A stretch of DNA of 64,000 nt from an uncultured Alphaproteobacteria bacterium (GTDB lineage: Bacteria > Pseudomonadota > Alphaproteobacteria > Rhizobiales > Beijerinckiaceae), in the NCBI GenBank assembly GCA_963794475.1, contig CAWCDW010000009.1, positions 25,196-89,195 of the forward strand. The letters are read 5' to 3'. Below the pieces are notes generated by a model that was given only the letters and a program-made list of their open reading frames with translations, searched no databases and had not been told where the DNA came from. Shown here piece by piece: positions 47,527-57,361 of this stretch; positions within the stretch are counted from its first letter, which is position 1; each line of letters starts with the position of its first letter. The translations under genes were made by a program, and so were the position numbers.

Positions 47527-50500
47527 GCAATCTTGCTCCTTCAGGGTCGAGGAAGCAGGGAGGGCACACCTCGACGCGAATGTCGGTGCCGCGCAAGGCA
47601 TCGACCGCGCGCAGCCTCTCGCCCATGCGTTCGCGTCCGCGCTTCAGGAGGCCAAGGCCGATCGAGACGTTCAGCGACGGCGAGAAAGCGACCGAGGTCA
47701 TATGGCCCTCGTCGTTCTCCGGCGCTCACCGGCGCGTCGAGAGGCGATGAAATGCGCGCCCGCCGAAAGCCTGGCGCTCGGGTCGAGCGGCTTCACGCCG
47801 ACCAGCACTGGCCGATCGGGGTCGACGAAGCGCCGGGCGTTGCGACATCGCCCGGCCGATGAAATCCTTCCCCATCGCCATCAGGCGCGAGAAGCCGAGA
47901 TCTTGCGCGGTCGTCTGGCCGTTGAGCTCGCGACCCGGCCGCATGGCCCTTCTCGACGCGCATGACGTTCAAGCGCCTCGAGGCCGTAAGGCGCGACGCC
48001 AAGCGATTCGCCCGCTCGCATCAAGGCGCGGATGACCGCGTCGCCATGGCGGCACGGCACGCCGAGCTCATAGGCGAGCTCGCCCGAGAAGGAGATGCGG
48101 AAGAGGCGCGCGCGAAGCCCGCCGAGCACCGTCACCTCGCCGCACGCCATGTAGGGGAAGGCTGCGTTCGAGATGTCGTGCCCGCGATCGACGACCGCCT
48201 CGAGGAGCTCGCGCGACTTCGGGCCGGCGATCGCATATTGCGCCCATTGCTCGGTCACCGAGACGAAGCCGCACGTCGAGATCGGGCCAAAGCACCTGGT
48301 GGCAGAAATCGAGGTGCTGCATGACGGCGGCGGCATTCGCCGTGGTGGTGGTCATGAGGTAATGATCGGGGCCGAGGCGCGCCGTCGTGCCGTCGTCGAA
48401 GACGAAGCCGTCCTCGCGCAGCATGAGGCCGTAGCGGACCTTGCCGACCGGCAAGCGATTTCCACGAATTGCAATAGACGCGCTCGAGGAACTCGGCGGC
48501 ATCGGCGCCCTGGATGTCGATCTTGCCGAGCGTCGAGACGTCGCAAACGCCGACGCGCGAACGCACCGCGATGACTTCGCGGTTGCAGGCGTCGAACCAG
48601 CTCCGGTCGCCTTCCTGCGGGAAATATTGGGCGCGCAGCCACAGGCCCGATTCCACGAAGACGGCGCCTTGCTGCCTGCGCCCATTCATGGGAAGGCGTG
48701 AGCCGCGTCGGGCGGTGCTCCTTGCCGCGCGCATGGCCCGCGAGCGCGCCGATCGCCACCGGCGTGAAGGGCGGCCGGAAGGTCGTGACGCCCGTTTGCG
48801 GGATCGAGCGCTCGGTGATTTCCGCCATCACGGCGAGCCCGTTGACATTGGCGGTCTTGCCCTGGTCGGTCGCCATGCCGAGCGTGGTGTAGCGCTTCAG
48901 ATGCTCGACCGAGCGAAAGCCTTCGCGCTCGGCGAGCTCGACATCCTTGTCGGTGACGTCGTTCTGGAAATCGATGAAGGCCTTGCCTTTATGCCCGCGC
49001 ACGCGCCAGAGCGGCGTCACGGCGACGCTTTGCGGCTCGACTTGCGGCACGGTGGCCGGCCGCGTCTGGAAGCCCACCGCCTCGGCGGCCTCGGCGCCAG
49101 CCCGGGCGCCGGCCGCAAGGCAGTCGGCGAGATCGTAAGTGCCGCGCGCCGCCCCGGCGACCGCCATGCCGCGCGGCGTCGTCGCCGGGCACGAATCCCG
49201 CGATCGTCTCGTCCCACACGGGACGCCCGCCGAGATGCGTCGCCAGATGCAGATTCGGGCTGAAGCCGCCTGACATGGCGACGAGATCGCAGGCGACGCG
49301 GCTCGATCGGCCATCGAGCTCGCGGATCTCGACCGCGCGCACGGCGTGCCCGCCGATGGCGCCCGTGACGACGCCGCCCGCGACGAGGCGCGCGCCGGTC
49401 TTTTCGGCAAGCGCCGCGCTCGAAGGCTTGGTCTCGGGCCGGGGATCGACGAGCGCCGCGACCTCGACGCCCGCCGCGTGCAAGGTCGGCGATGACGCCT
49501 GCCGCATCGTCGTTGTTGGCGAAGACGACGGCGCGTCGGCCCGGCTTCGCGGCGAAGCGGTTGAGATAGGCTGCGCACGGCGCCGGCGAGCATCACGCCC
49601 GGCCGGTCGTTGTTGCCGAAGACGAGCGGGCGCTCGATGGCGCCGGCGGCGAGGACGCAACGCTTGGCGACGATGCGCCAGGCGCGCTGACGCGGCTCGA
49701 AGGGCGGCGGGGTGCGCGACGTGATCGTTGACGCGTTCGAGCGCCCCATAGGTGCCGTGATCATAGGCGCCGAACAAGGTGGTGCGGGTCATCACTCGCA
49801 CATCCGGGAAAGAGCGAAGCTCCGCCTCGATGCGCTTCACGAACTCGGGCGCCGCCTCGCCGCCGATGAGGCCGCGCTCCGAAAGCAGGCGCCCGCCGAG
49901 CCGGAAATCCTCTTCGCAAAGGATGACGCGCGCGCCCGAGCGCGCCGCGGAGAGCGCGGCCATCAAGTCCGGCCGGCGCCTGAGCCGATGACGAGCACGT
50001 CGCAAAACGCATGCGCTTTCTCGTAATGGTCGGGGTCGATCCCCTCCGGCGCGCGTCCAAGGCCTGCCGCGCGGCGGATCAGCGGCTCGTAAACTTTCTC
50101 CCAGAAGGAGGCGGGCCACATGAAGGTCTTGTAGTAGAAGCCCGCCGCGAGGATCGGCGAGAGGACGGAGCCGGCGGCCATCAGGTCGAAGGCGAGCGAC
50201 GGCCAGCGGTTCTGGCTTGCCGCCTCGAGACCCTCGAAGAGCTCGATCGAGGTCGCGCGCGTATTCGGCTCGCGCCTGGCGCCGGAGCGAAGCTCGACGA
50301 GGGCGCTGGGCTCTTCCGGCCCCGCCGACAAGATGCCGCGCGGCCGGTGATATTTGAAGGAGCGCCCGACGAGCTTCACCCCGTTGGCGACGAGCGCGGA
50401 AGCGAGCGTATCGCCCGGATGGCCGAAGAGCTTGCGGCCGTCGAAGCTGAAGGACAAGGAGCGCGCGCGGTCGATGAGACCGCCGCTCGCGAGCCGCGCC

Positions 50501-50580
50501 GGCTGGGAAACGCTCGCCGCCGGCACGCTCGCCGCGCTGCGCGACAACGCCTTTCCCATGCTTTCGCTCGTCGAGGTCAT
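47519..50580 (-). pseudogene. soxA: Sarcosine oxidase alpha subunit with at least ten frameshifts (pseudogene or low-quality consensus)
   Basis: Pieces alternate across the three minus frames: GRSFKYHRPRG; GAIERPLVFGNNDRPG; KRYTTLGMATDQGK; DVSTLGKID; RISFSGELAYE; EVCPPCFLDPEG. Confidence 0.85.
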
Positions 50581-50862
50581 CGGCTGACGGCCGCCGCGTC
50601 CGGCGCTCCCGCCTTGTACGCGGCCTCGGCCCCGAAGATGTCATGCGTGCGCGTGTCGCGGCTCACGACGATCCAGGCGCGGCAGCCGCCGAGGTGATAC
50701 CAGAGCTCGCGATGCGGGCCGGCCGGATTATCGCGCGGATAGACATAGTCGAAGAAGGCCGCCATCGTCCGCGCCTCCGTCGGGGCGCCGCTTGGTCGCG
50801 TCGCCGTAATAGGCGAACTCGCCGACATCTCGTTCGCCGCAATGGGGACAAGGGATGCGCAT
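50577..50862 (-). pseudogene. soxD: Sarcosine oxidase delta subunit with one frameshift at ~50770
   Basis: MRIPCPHCGERDVGEFAYYGDA in one frame, continuing as MAAFFDYVYPRDNPAG..WYHLGGC..RDTRTH in another. Confidence 0.8.
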
Positions 50863-50873
50863 CGCTCTTCGCC

Positions 50874-52124
50874 CTAATGCAGGTTCGGCTGCGCGCCGGT
50901 GCCGCTCTCGTTGATGAGCCGGCCGGTCGCAAAACGATCAAGACGCATCGCCGCCGCGACCTCGTGAGGGGCGTCCTGCGCGATGAGATGCGCGAAGCAC
51001 CAGCCGGAAGCGGGTGTCGCCTTGAAGCCGCCGATGCACCAGCCGCAATTGAGATAGAGGTTGTCGATCGGCGTCTTGTCGATGATCGGCGAGCCGTCCA
51101 TCGACATATCCATCAACCCTCCCCAATGGCGCAGCACGCGCAGGCGCCCGATCGAGGGGAACATGGCGACCGCCTCCTCCATCACCTCCTCGATCACCGG
51201 CAAGTTGCCGCGCTGCGCATAGGAATTATAGCCGTCGATATTGCCGCCGAAGACGAGGCCGCCCTTGTCCGACTGGCTGATGTAGAAATGCCCCGCGCCG
51301 AAGGTGATCACCGTGTCGATGAGCGGCTTCACGCCTTCCGACACGAAGGCTTGCAGGACGTGGCTTTCGATCGGCAGGCGAAGCCCCGCCATGGCGGCGA
51401 CTTGCGAAGAGCGCCCGGCGCAGGCAAGCCCGATCTTCTTCGCCTTGATGAAGCCCTTCGCCGTCTCGACCCCGAGCGCGCGCCCGTTCTCGACCCTTAT
51501 GCCCGTGACTTCGCAATGCTGGAGAATATCGACGCCGCGCATATCGGCCGCGCGCGCATACCCCCAGGCGACCGCGTCATGGCGAACCGTGCCGCCGCGC
51601 GGCTGGAAGAGCCCGCCATGAATCGGGAAACGCGCATTGTCGAAATTCAAATTGGGAACGAGCTTGCGCACGCCCGCAACGTCGAGGAGCTCGGCGTCGA
51701 CGCCATGCATCCGCATGGTGTTGCCGCGCCGCGCAGCCGCGTCTCGCTGCGCGTCCGAATGGTAGAGATTGAGCACGCCGCGCTGGCTCACCATGGCGTT
51801 GTAGTTGATGTCCTGCTCGAGCCCCTCCCACAGCTTCAGCGACCATTCGTAGAAGGGGATGTTGCCGTGCTCGCCATAGTTCGAGCGGATGATCGTCGTG
51901 TTGCGCCCGATATTGCCGGAACCGATATAGCCGCGCTCGACCACGGCGACATTGGTGATGCCGTGATTCTTGGCGAGGTAATAGGCGGTCGAGAGGCCAT
52001 GTCCGCCGCCACCGACGAGGACGACGTCGTATTCGGCCTTCGGCTCCGGCTCGCGCCAAACCGGCTTCCAGCCGGTATTGCCTTTGAGCGCCTGGGAAAG
52101 GATGGAGAAGACCGAATAGCGCAA
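50874..52124 (-). CDS. soxB: Heterotetrameric sarcosine oxidase beta subunit
   Basis: GGGGHGLSTAYYLAK, GRNTTIIRSNY, RHDAVAWGYAR, GFKATPASG, GAQPNLH. Confidence 0.95.
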   Translation of the reverse strand: MRYSVFSILSQALKGNTGWKPVWREPEPKAEYDVVLVGGGGHGLSTAYYLAKNHGITNVAVVERGYIGSGNIGRNTTIIRSNYGEHGNIPFYEWSLKLWEGLEQDINYNAMVSQRGVLNLYHSDAQRDAAARRGNTMRMHGVDAELLDVAGVRKLVPNLNFDNARFPIHGGLFQPRGGTVRHDAVAWGYARAADMRGVDILQHCEVTGIRVENGRALGVETAKGFIKAKKIGLACAGRSSQVAAMAGLRLPIESHVLQAFVSEGVKPLIDTVITFGAGHFYISQSDKGGLVFGGNIDGYNSYAQRGNLPVIEEVMEEAVAMFPSIGRLRVLRHWGGLMDMSMDGSPIIDKTPIDNLYLNCGWCIGGFKATPASGWCFAHLIAQDAPHEVAAAMRLDRFATGRLINESGTGAQPNLH

Positions 52125-52272
52125 GAGAGCTTCCGTGAGGCAGGCGATGCGGGAGGTGTCGACGGCTCCTCGTCATCATAAAGGAGGAAGCCACGGGTTG
52201 CGAGCCGTAACCCGCTTCATTCGCTCTTCCCTATTCGCTACCCGCCCCGGAAATCAAGCAAATGTGAGAGGC

Positions 52273-53802
52273 TCAGGAGCCGCTCGCCGTTCCCGAGAGG
52301 CGGCCTGATCTGATCTCTCGCGCAAGCGCCTCGACATCAAGCCCCGTCGGCCGATCCTCGTTGAGCTTCGGCACCACGGCGCGGATTTTCGCCTGGATGG
52401 CGGCGATCTTCGGCGCGACGCGTGCGGGTGCGCGCAAATCGAGCGCTTGCGCCGCCACCATGAGCTCGACGGCCGCAAGCCGGCTCATATGGGTGAAGGC
52501 TTCGGCGGTCTTCGTCACGACACGGGGCGCCATCGAGGCCATATCCTCGATGCCGTCGGCGACGGGCCCCGAGAACAGCATCGCCGGCTGGGCAAGGCGC
52601 CGGATCTCGGCTTCGAGCGAAGCGGCAGTTTTCTGCACCGTGCCGAAGCCGGTGCGGCTTGCTCCGCGCGGCGTAAGGAAGCGCGGCAGATCGGTCATCC
52701 CAGCATTCATCAGCTTGACGATACGCCAGAAGCTCGCGCCGGCGGCTTGCGCGAGCGCGAGCCCGAGCGTCTCGAAGGCGAGCGCGAGATGCGTGACGTC
52801 GAAGCCGGCGGTCGAAAGGATGCTGCCGTCATCGTCGACGATCGCTGGATTGTCGCCCGCGCCTTCGAGCTCGAGTTCGATCGCGACGCGCGCGCGGGCA
52901 AGCGCGTCGGCGAGCGCGGCGAGGACGGGGGCGCCCGAGCGGAAGGACAGAGGATCCTGGACGCGCCGCGCGGCCTCGGGTTTTTCGAGCTCGCTTCCGG
53001 CAAGGAGCTCACGCAGGCGGCGCGCCACCTCGGCAAGGCCAGGCGTTTGGCGAAGCGCGACGGCGCGCGGATCGATCGGGCTCATATTGCCGCGAAAAGC
53101 TTCGAGACCGAGCGCCAGCGCGGCAAGCATGGCATCGAGCGTGGTTTGCGCATCGGCGATGACGAGCGCGCCGGGGCCGACGGAGGCGGCATTCGCGTTG
53201 ATGAGCGCGATCGCATCCTTTGGACGGAGGACGACGGGCGAAAGCCCGGCCGCCGCAAGCGCCTGTGCGCCCGGAAGAATCCGCCCCTCCCGCTCGGCTT
53301 CGCCTTCGCCGACGAGCACCGCGAAGGCATGCGCGAGCGGCGCGAGATCGGCGGCGCCGAGCGAGCCGATCGCGGGCACGGCCGGCGTGACGCCGGCGTT
53401 CAGGAGATCGGCGATCGCTTGCGGGATCGAGGGCGAGATGCCCGAAGCGCCTCGCGCGAGTCCGGCAAGCCGCGCGATGAGGAGCGCGCGCGTTGCCTCC
53501 TTCGGCAAGGCGTCGCCCACGCCCACCATGCGGGCGCGCAAGGTGCGGCGCTGGAAGTCCGCAAGGTCCGTTGCGTCGAGAGCGGTGTCGACGGCGGCGC
53601 CGAGCGCCGTCGTGAGGCCATACACCTTCTCGCCGCGCGCCAAAGCCTGCTCGATCGCGCCGCGCGCGGCCGCGAGTTTCGCGTCAAGCTCCGGCGCAAG
53701 CTCGACGCGCGCGCCGTGACGCGCCACCGCCACGACATCGGCGATGCCGAGCGGGCGGTCGCCGAGGCGGCAAAGGCTCATCGGCGGCGAAGTCCCGGGC
53801 AT
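52273..53802 (-). CDS. Aromatic amino-acid ammonia-lyase (HAL/PAL) family protein lacking the MIO tripeptide
   Basis: VYGLTT, GSLGAADLAPLAH (HAL has GSVGASGDLAPL), QDPLSFR, DNP, EDMASM. Confidence 0.85.
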   Translation of the reverse strand: MPGTSPPMSLCRLGDRPLGIADVVAVARHGARVELAPELDAKLAAARGAIEQALARGEKVYGLTTALGAAVDTALDATDLADFQRRTLRARMVGVGDALPKEATRALLIARLAGLARGASGISPSIPQAIADLLNAGVTPAVPAIGSLGAADLAPLAHAFAVLVGEGEAEREGRILPGAQALAAAGLSPVVLRPKDAIALINANAASVGPGALVIADAQTTLDAMLAALALGLEAFRGNMSPIDPRAVALRQTPGLAEVARRLRELLAGSELEKPEAARRVQDPLSFRSGAPVLAALADALARARVAIELELEGAGDNPAIVDDDGSILSTAGFDVTHLALAFETLGLALAQAAGASFWRIVKLMNAGMTDLPRFLTPRGASRTGFGTVQKTAASLEAEIRRLAQPAMLFSGPVADGIEDMASMAPRVVTKTAEAFTHMSRLAAVELMVAAQALDLRAPARVAPKIAAIQAKIRAVVPKLNEDRPTGLDVEALAREIRSGRLSGTASGS

Positions 53803-53839
53803 TCAGGCATGCAGGCGTTCAAGCGCATTCGGCGCGCCG

Positions 53840-56254
53840 TCAGGCCCGCATCCTTTCGCCCCTCGGGTCGAAGACCGGTTCTGAAAGCCGTGTCGCCTTG
53901 CGGCGATCGCCGATGATCTCGATCTCGAAGCCGGAGGTCTCGGTTGCGACCGCCTTCGGCACATAGCCGAGCGCGATCGAGGCGCTCTTCGTATGCGCAT
54001 AGCCGCCCGAGGTGACCCAGCCGACCACCTTGCCGTCATGCCAGATCGGCTCGTCGCCGATCGCGTCCGCGTCGGCGGCATCGACCTTGAAGGTGCATAA
54101 CCTCAATTTGCCGCCGCTCTCCTTCTCCTCGAGCGCGGCCGATCTTCCGATGAAATCGCCCTTGCGCAAGCTCACGAAAGCGCCGAGCCCCGCCTCGTAT
54201 GGCCCGTAGATCGGCCGGTACTCGCGCGCCCAGGTGCCGAAGCTCTTCTCGAGCCGCATCGAGTTGAGCGCGCGGCCGCCGAAATGCCGCAAGCCGAGAT
54301 CATGGCCGGCCTCGGTGAGAAGCTTGTGCAGCGCGCGCAGATATTCGCTCGTCACCCAGATCTCGTAGCCGAGGTCGCCCGTGAAGGAGACGCGCCCGAC
54401 GAAGGCCGGCACCATGCCGACGTCCATGCGCCGGAAGGCGCGGAAGGGTGTCGCGTTCGAGGAGAGCTCGTCGCGCACGAGGCGTTGCAAGAGCTCGCGC
54501 GATTTCGGGCCGGCGATGGCAAGCCCGACATAGTCCATGGCGCAAGGCCGAAGCGTCACGCCGCGTTCCGGCAAATGCCCCTCGAACCAACGGCGGTAAT
54601 AATTTTCGGCCGAGAAGGTGCCGATGAGGAAGAAGCGTTCCTTCTCCGGGCGGCACATGGTGAAATCGCCGATGAGCTTGCCGCGCTCGTTCAGCATGGG
54701 GGTGAGCGTGAGCCGGCCGACTTCGGGCACCTTGTTCGCCATGACGCGCGACAGGAAGGCTTCGGCGCCAGGTCCCGTCACCTCGAACTTGCCGTAGTTC
54801 GAAATCTCGATGAGGCCCGCGCCCTCGCGCACCGCCTTCACCTCCGCGCCGACATGCGGATGCGCGTTCGAGCGCTTGAAGGTGATCTCTTCCTTCGGTT
54901 CGGTGCCTTTCGGCGCGAACCAGAGCGCGTGCTCGAGCCCCCAATTCTCGCCGAAGACGGCGTTTTGGCTTTTGAGCGTTTCGTAGATCGGCGTCGTGCG
55001 CAAGGGCCTCGCGGCCTCGAGATCCTCGTTCGGGAAGCGGATGCGGAAACGGCGCGAGTAATTCTCGCGCACCTTGGCGTTGGTGTAGGCGAGCGTCGCA
55101 AAATCGCCGAAGCGGGCGACATCCATGCCCCAGATGTCGGCGCCCGGATCGCCTTGCGTCATCCAATTCGCGAGCGAGAGCCCGACGCCGCCGCCCTGGC
55201 TGAAGCCGGCCATCACGCCGCAAGCGACCCAGAAATTGCGCAAGCCCCGGATGGGGCCGATCAACGGGTTGCCGTCGGGCGCGAAGGTGAAGGGGCCGTT
55301 GACGACCCGCTTGATGCCGGCGCGCCCGATGGCCGGGAAATGCTCGAAGCCCACCTCGAGCGAAGGCGCGATGCGGTCGAGGTCGTTGGGCAGGAGATCC
55401 TGGCCGAAATCCCAGGGCGTCACCTGTTCGCTCCAAGGTTGGCCGCGGCGCTCGTAGGTGCCCATGAGCATGCCGCCGCGCTCCTGGCGCATGTAGATCT
55501 CGCCCTCGAAATCGATGACGTGGAGCTGCTCCTTCGAACTCGCCGCGATCTCGGGCATGTCCTCGGTGATCAGATATTGGTGCTCCATCGCGAGAACGGG
55601 GAGCTCGAGCCCCACCATGCGGCCGACTTCTCGGGCCCAAAGCCCGCCGGCGTTCACCACGTGCTCGGCGTGGATCTCGCCTTTCTCGGTGCTCACGTCC
55701 CAGGAGGCGTCCGGCCGCTGGCGAAGCTCGGTGACGCGCGTGTGGCGGTAGATTTCGGCCCCGCCGATCTGCGCCGATTTGGTGTAGGCATTCGTCACGC
55801 CCCAAGGATCGACATGGCCTTCGAGCGGGTCGTAGAGCGCGCCGACGAAATATTTCTTCTCGATGAGCGGCATGAGCTTCACCGCTTCATCCATCGAGAC
55901 GAGATCGAGCTGCATGCCGAGATAGCGGCCGCGCGCCTGCGTCATCTTCAGCCAGTCGAGGCGCTCGGGCGTGCCGGCGAGCATCAGGCCGCCGCTGATA
56001 TGCACGCCGCAGCTTTGGCCGGAAATCTCCTCGATCTCCTTGTAGAGGCCGATCGTGTATTGCTGGAGCTTGGCGACATTCGGATCGCCGTTGATCGTGT
56101 GCATGCCGCCGGCCGCATGCCAGGTCGAGCCGGAGGTGAGCTCGGCGCGCTCGACGAGGACGACATCCTTCCAGCCGGCCTTGGTGAGATGATAGAGCAC
56201 GCTCGCGCCCACGACACCGCCGCCGATCACCACAACCTGTGCATGGCTCTTCAT
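53840..56254 (-). CDS. GcvT-family FAD oxidoreductase (dimethylglycine/sarcosine dehydrogenase-like)
   Basis: VIGGGVVG, TSGSTWHAAG, NGPFTFAPDGNP, RVSFTGDLGYE, MRLEKSF, FDPRGERMRA. Confidence 0.95.
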   Translation of the reverse strand: MKSHAQVVVIGGGVVGASVLYHLTKAGWKDVVLVERAELTSGSTWHAAGGMHTINGDPNVAKLQQYTIGLYKEIEEISGQSCGVHISGGLMLAGTPERLDWLKMTQARGRYLGMQLDLVSMDEAVKLMPLIEKKYFVGALYDPLEGHVDPWGVTNAYTKSAQIGGAEIYRHTRVTELRQRPDASWDVSTEKGEIHAEHVVNAGGLWAREVGRMVGLELPVLAMEHQYLITEDMPEIAASSKEQLHVIDFEGEIYMRQERGGMLMGTYERRGQPWSEQVTPWDFGQDLLPNDLDRIAPSLEVGFEHFPAIGRAGIKRVVNGPFTFAPDGNPLIGPIRGLRNFWVACGVMAGFSQGGGVGLSLANWMTQGDPGADIWGMDVARFGDFATLAYTNAKVRENYSRRFRIRFPNEDLEAARPLRTTPIYETLKSQNAVFGENWGLEHALWFAPKGTEPKEEITFKRSNAHPHVGAEVKAVREGAGLIEISNYGKFEVTGPGAEAFLSRVMANKVPEVGRLTLTPMLNERGKLIGDFTMCRPEKERFFLIGTFSAENYYRRWFEGHLPERGVTLRPCAMDYVGLAIAGPKSRELLQRLVRDELSSNATPFRAFRRMDVGMVPAFVGRVSFTGDLGYEIWVTSEYLRALHKLLTEAGHDLGLRHFGGRALNSMRLEKSFGTWAREYRPIYGPYEAGLGAFVSLRKGDFIGRSAALEEKESGGKLRLCTFKVDAADADAIGDEPIWHDGKVVGWVTSGGYAHTKSASIALGYVPKAVATETSGFEIEIIGDRRKATRLSEPVFDPRGERMRA

Positions 56255-56371
56255 CGCTTCTCGCCTCCATCCTCGGCCGCGCGGGTTTCCTCAACCGACT
56301 TGTGACACAGCCGAGCGACATCTTACAATCCGGCGAGCCGCGACTTCCGCGCGCCGCTGCCTGGAGACATC

Positions 56372-57350
56372 ATGAAAGCCATTCTTTGTCGAAAGCTCGG
56401 CGGCCCCGAGACGCTCGAGCTCGCCGACGTGCCGGAGCCGAAGCCGGGACTTGGCGAAGTGCTGGTGCGCGTCGCGGTCGTGGGCTTGAATTTTTTCGAT
56501 ACGCTGATGCTTGCGGGCAAATACCAGTTCCGGCCGGAGCTGCCTTTCTCGCCAGGCGCCGAATGCGCCGGCAGGATCGAGGCGCTCGGGCGAAGGCGTG
56601 ACCCAATGGCGGGTCGGCGAGCGCGTCGCGGCCTTCCCGGGCCATGGCTGCTGTCGCGAGCGCATCACCTTGCGCGCGGAGCGCCTGTTGCGCATTCCCG
56701 ACGGCGTCACCGATGAGCAGGCGGCCGGCCTGATCGTGACTTACGGCACCTCGCTGCACGCGCTGAAGGACCGCGCCCGGCTCAAACCCGGCGAGACGCT
56801 CGCGGTTCTCGGCGCGGCGGGCGGCGTCGGCCTCGCGGCCGTCGAGATCGGCCATGCCATGGGCGCGCGCGTCATCGCTTGCGCCTCCTCGGCGGACAAG
56901 CTCGCGCTCGCCGCGGAGCACGGGGCCGATTTGACGCTCGACTACGCGACCCGCGACGTGAAGGAGGGGCTGCGCGCCTTGACCGAAGGGCGCGGCGCCG
57001 ATGTGATTTACGATCCGGTGGGCGGCGATCTCGCGGAGCCGGCGCTGCGCGCCATCGCCTGGCAAGGCCGCTACCTCGTGGTGGGCTTCGCGGCCGGGAC
57101 CATTCCCAAAATCCCGCTCAACCTGGCGCTCCTCAAAGGGTGCGACATCCAAGGCGTGTTCTGGGGTTCCTTCGTCGAGCGCGAGCCCGCGACGCATCGC
57201 GCCAACATGGATCAGATCTTCGTCTGGACGAAGGAAGGCGAATTGTCAGCCCATGTGCACCATGTCTTCCCGCTCGCCGAGACGGCGGCGGCGCTCGGCG
57301 TGCTCGCGCGGCGCGAGGCCAAGGGCAAGGTGCTTGTGAAGGTGGACTGA
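56372..57350 (+). pseudogene. NADPH:quinone oxidoreductase (zeta-crystallin family) with one frameshift at ~56590
   Basis: N-part LNFFDTL..GKYQ..PFSPGAE in ORF 56372..56716; rest YGTSLHAL..GAAGGVG..YDPVGG in ORF 56511..57350; extra G in CTCGGGCGAA. Confidence 0.85.
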
Positions 57351-57361
57351 GGCGACGCGGT

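Noticed and set aside
54284-56305. 673-aa + strand ORF (likewise 10845..12308, 21939..23588, 56879..58717, 60458..62176 and 24017..25507)
   Set aside because: Antisense shadows of well-supported genes, expected in high-GC DNA; no recognisable motifs
56255-56371. Glycine or THF riboswitch upstream of the GcvT-family gene
   Set aside because: Short divergent spacer with no recognisable aptamer motif
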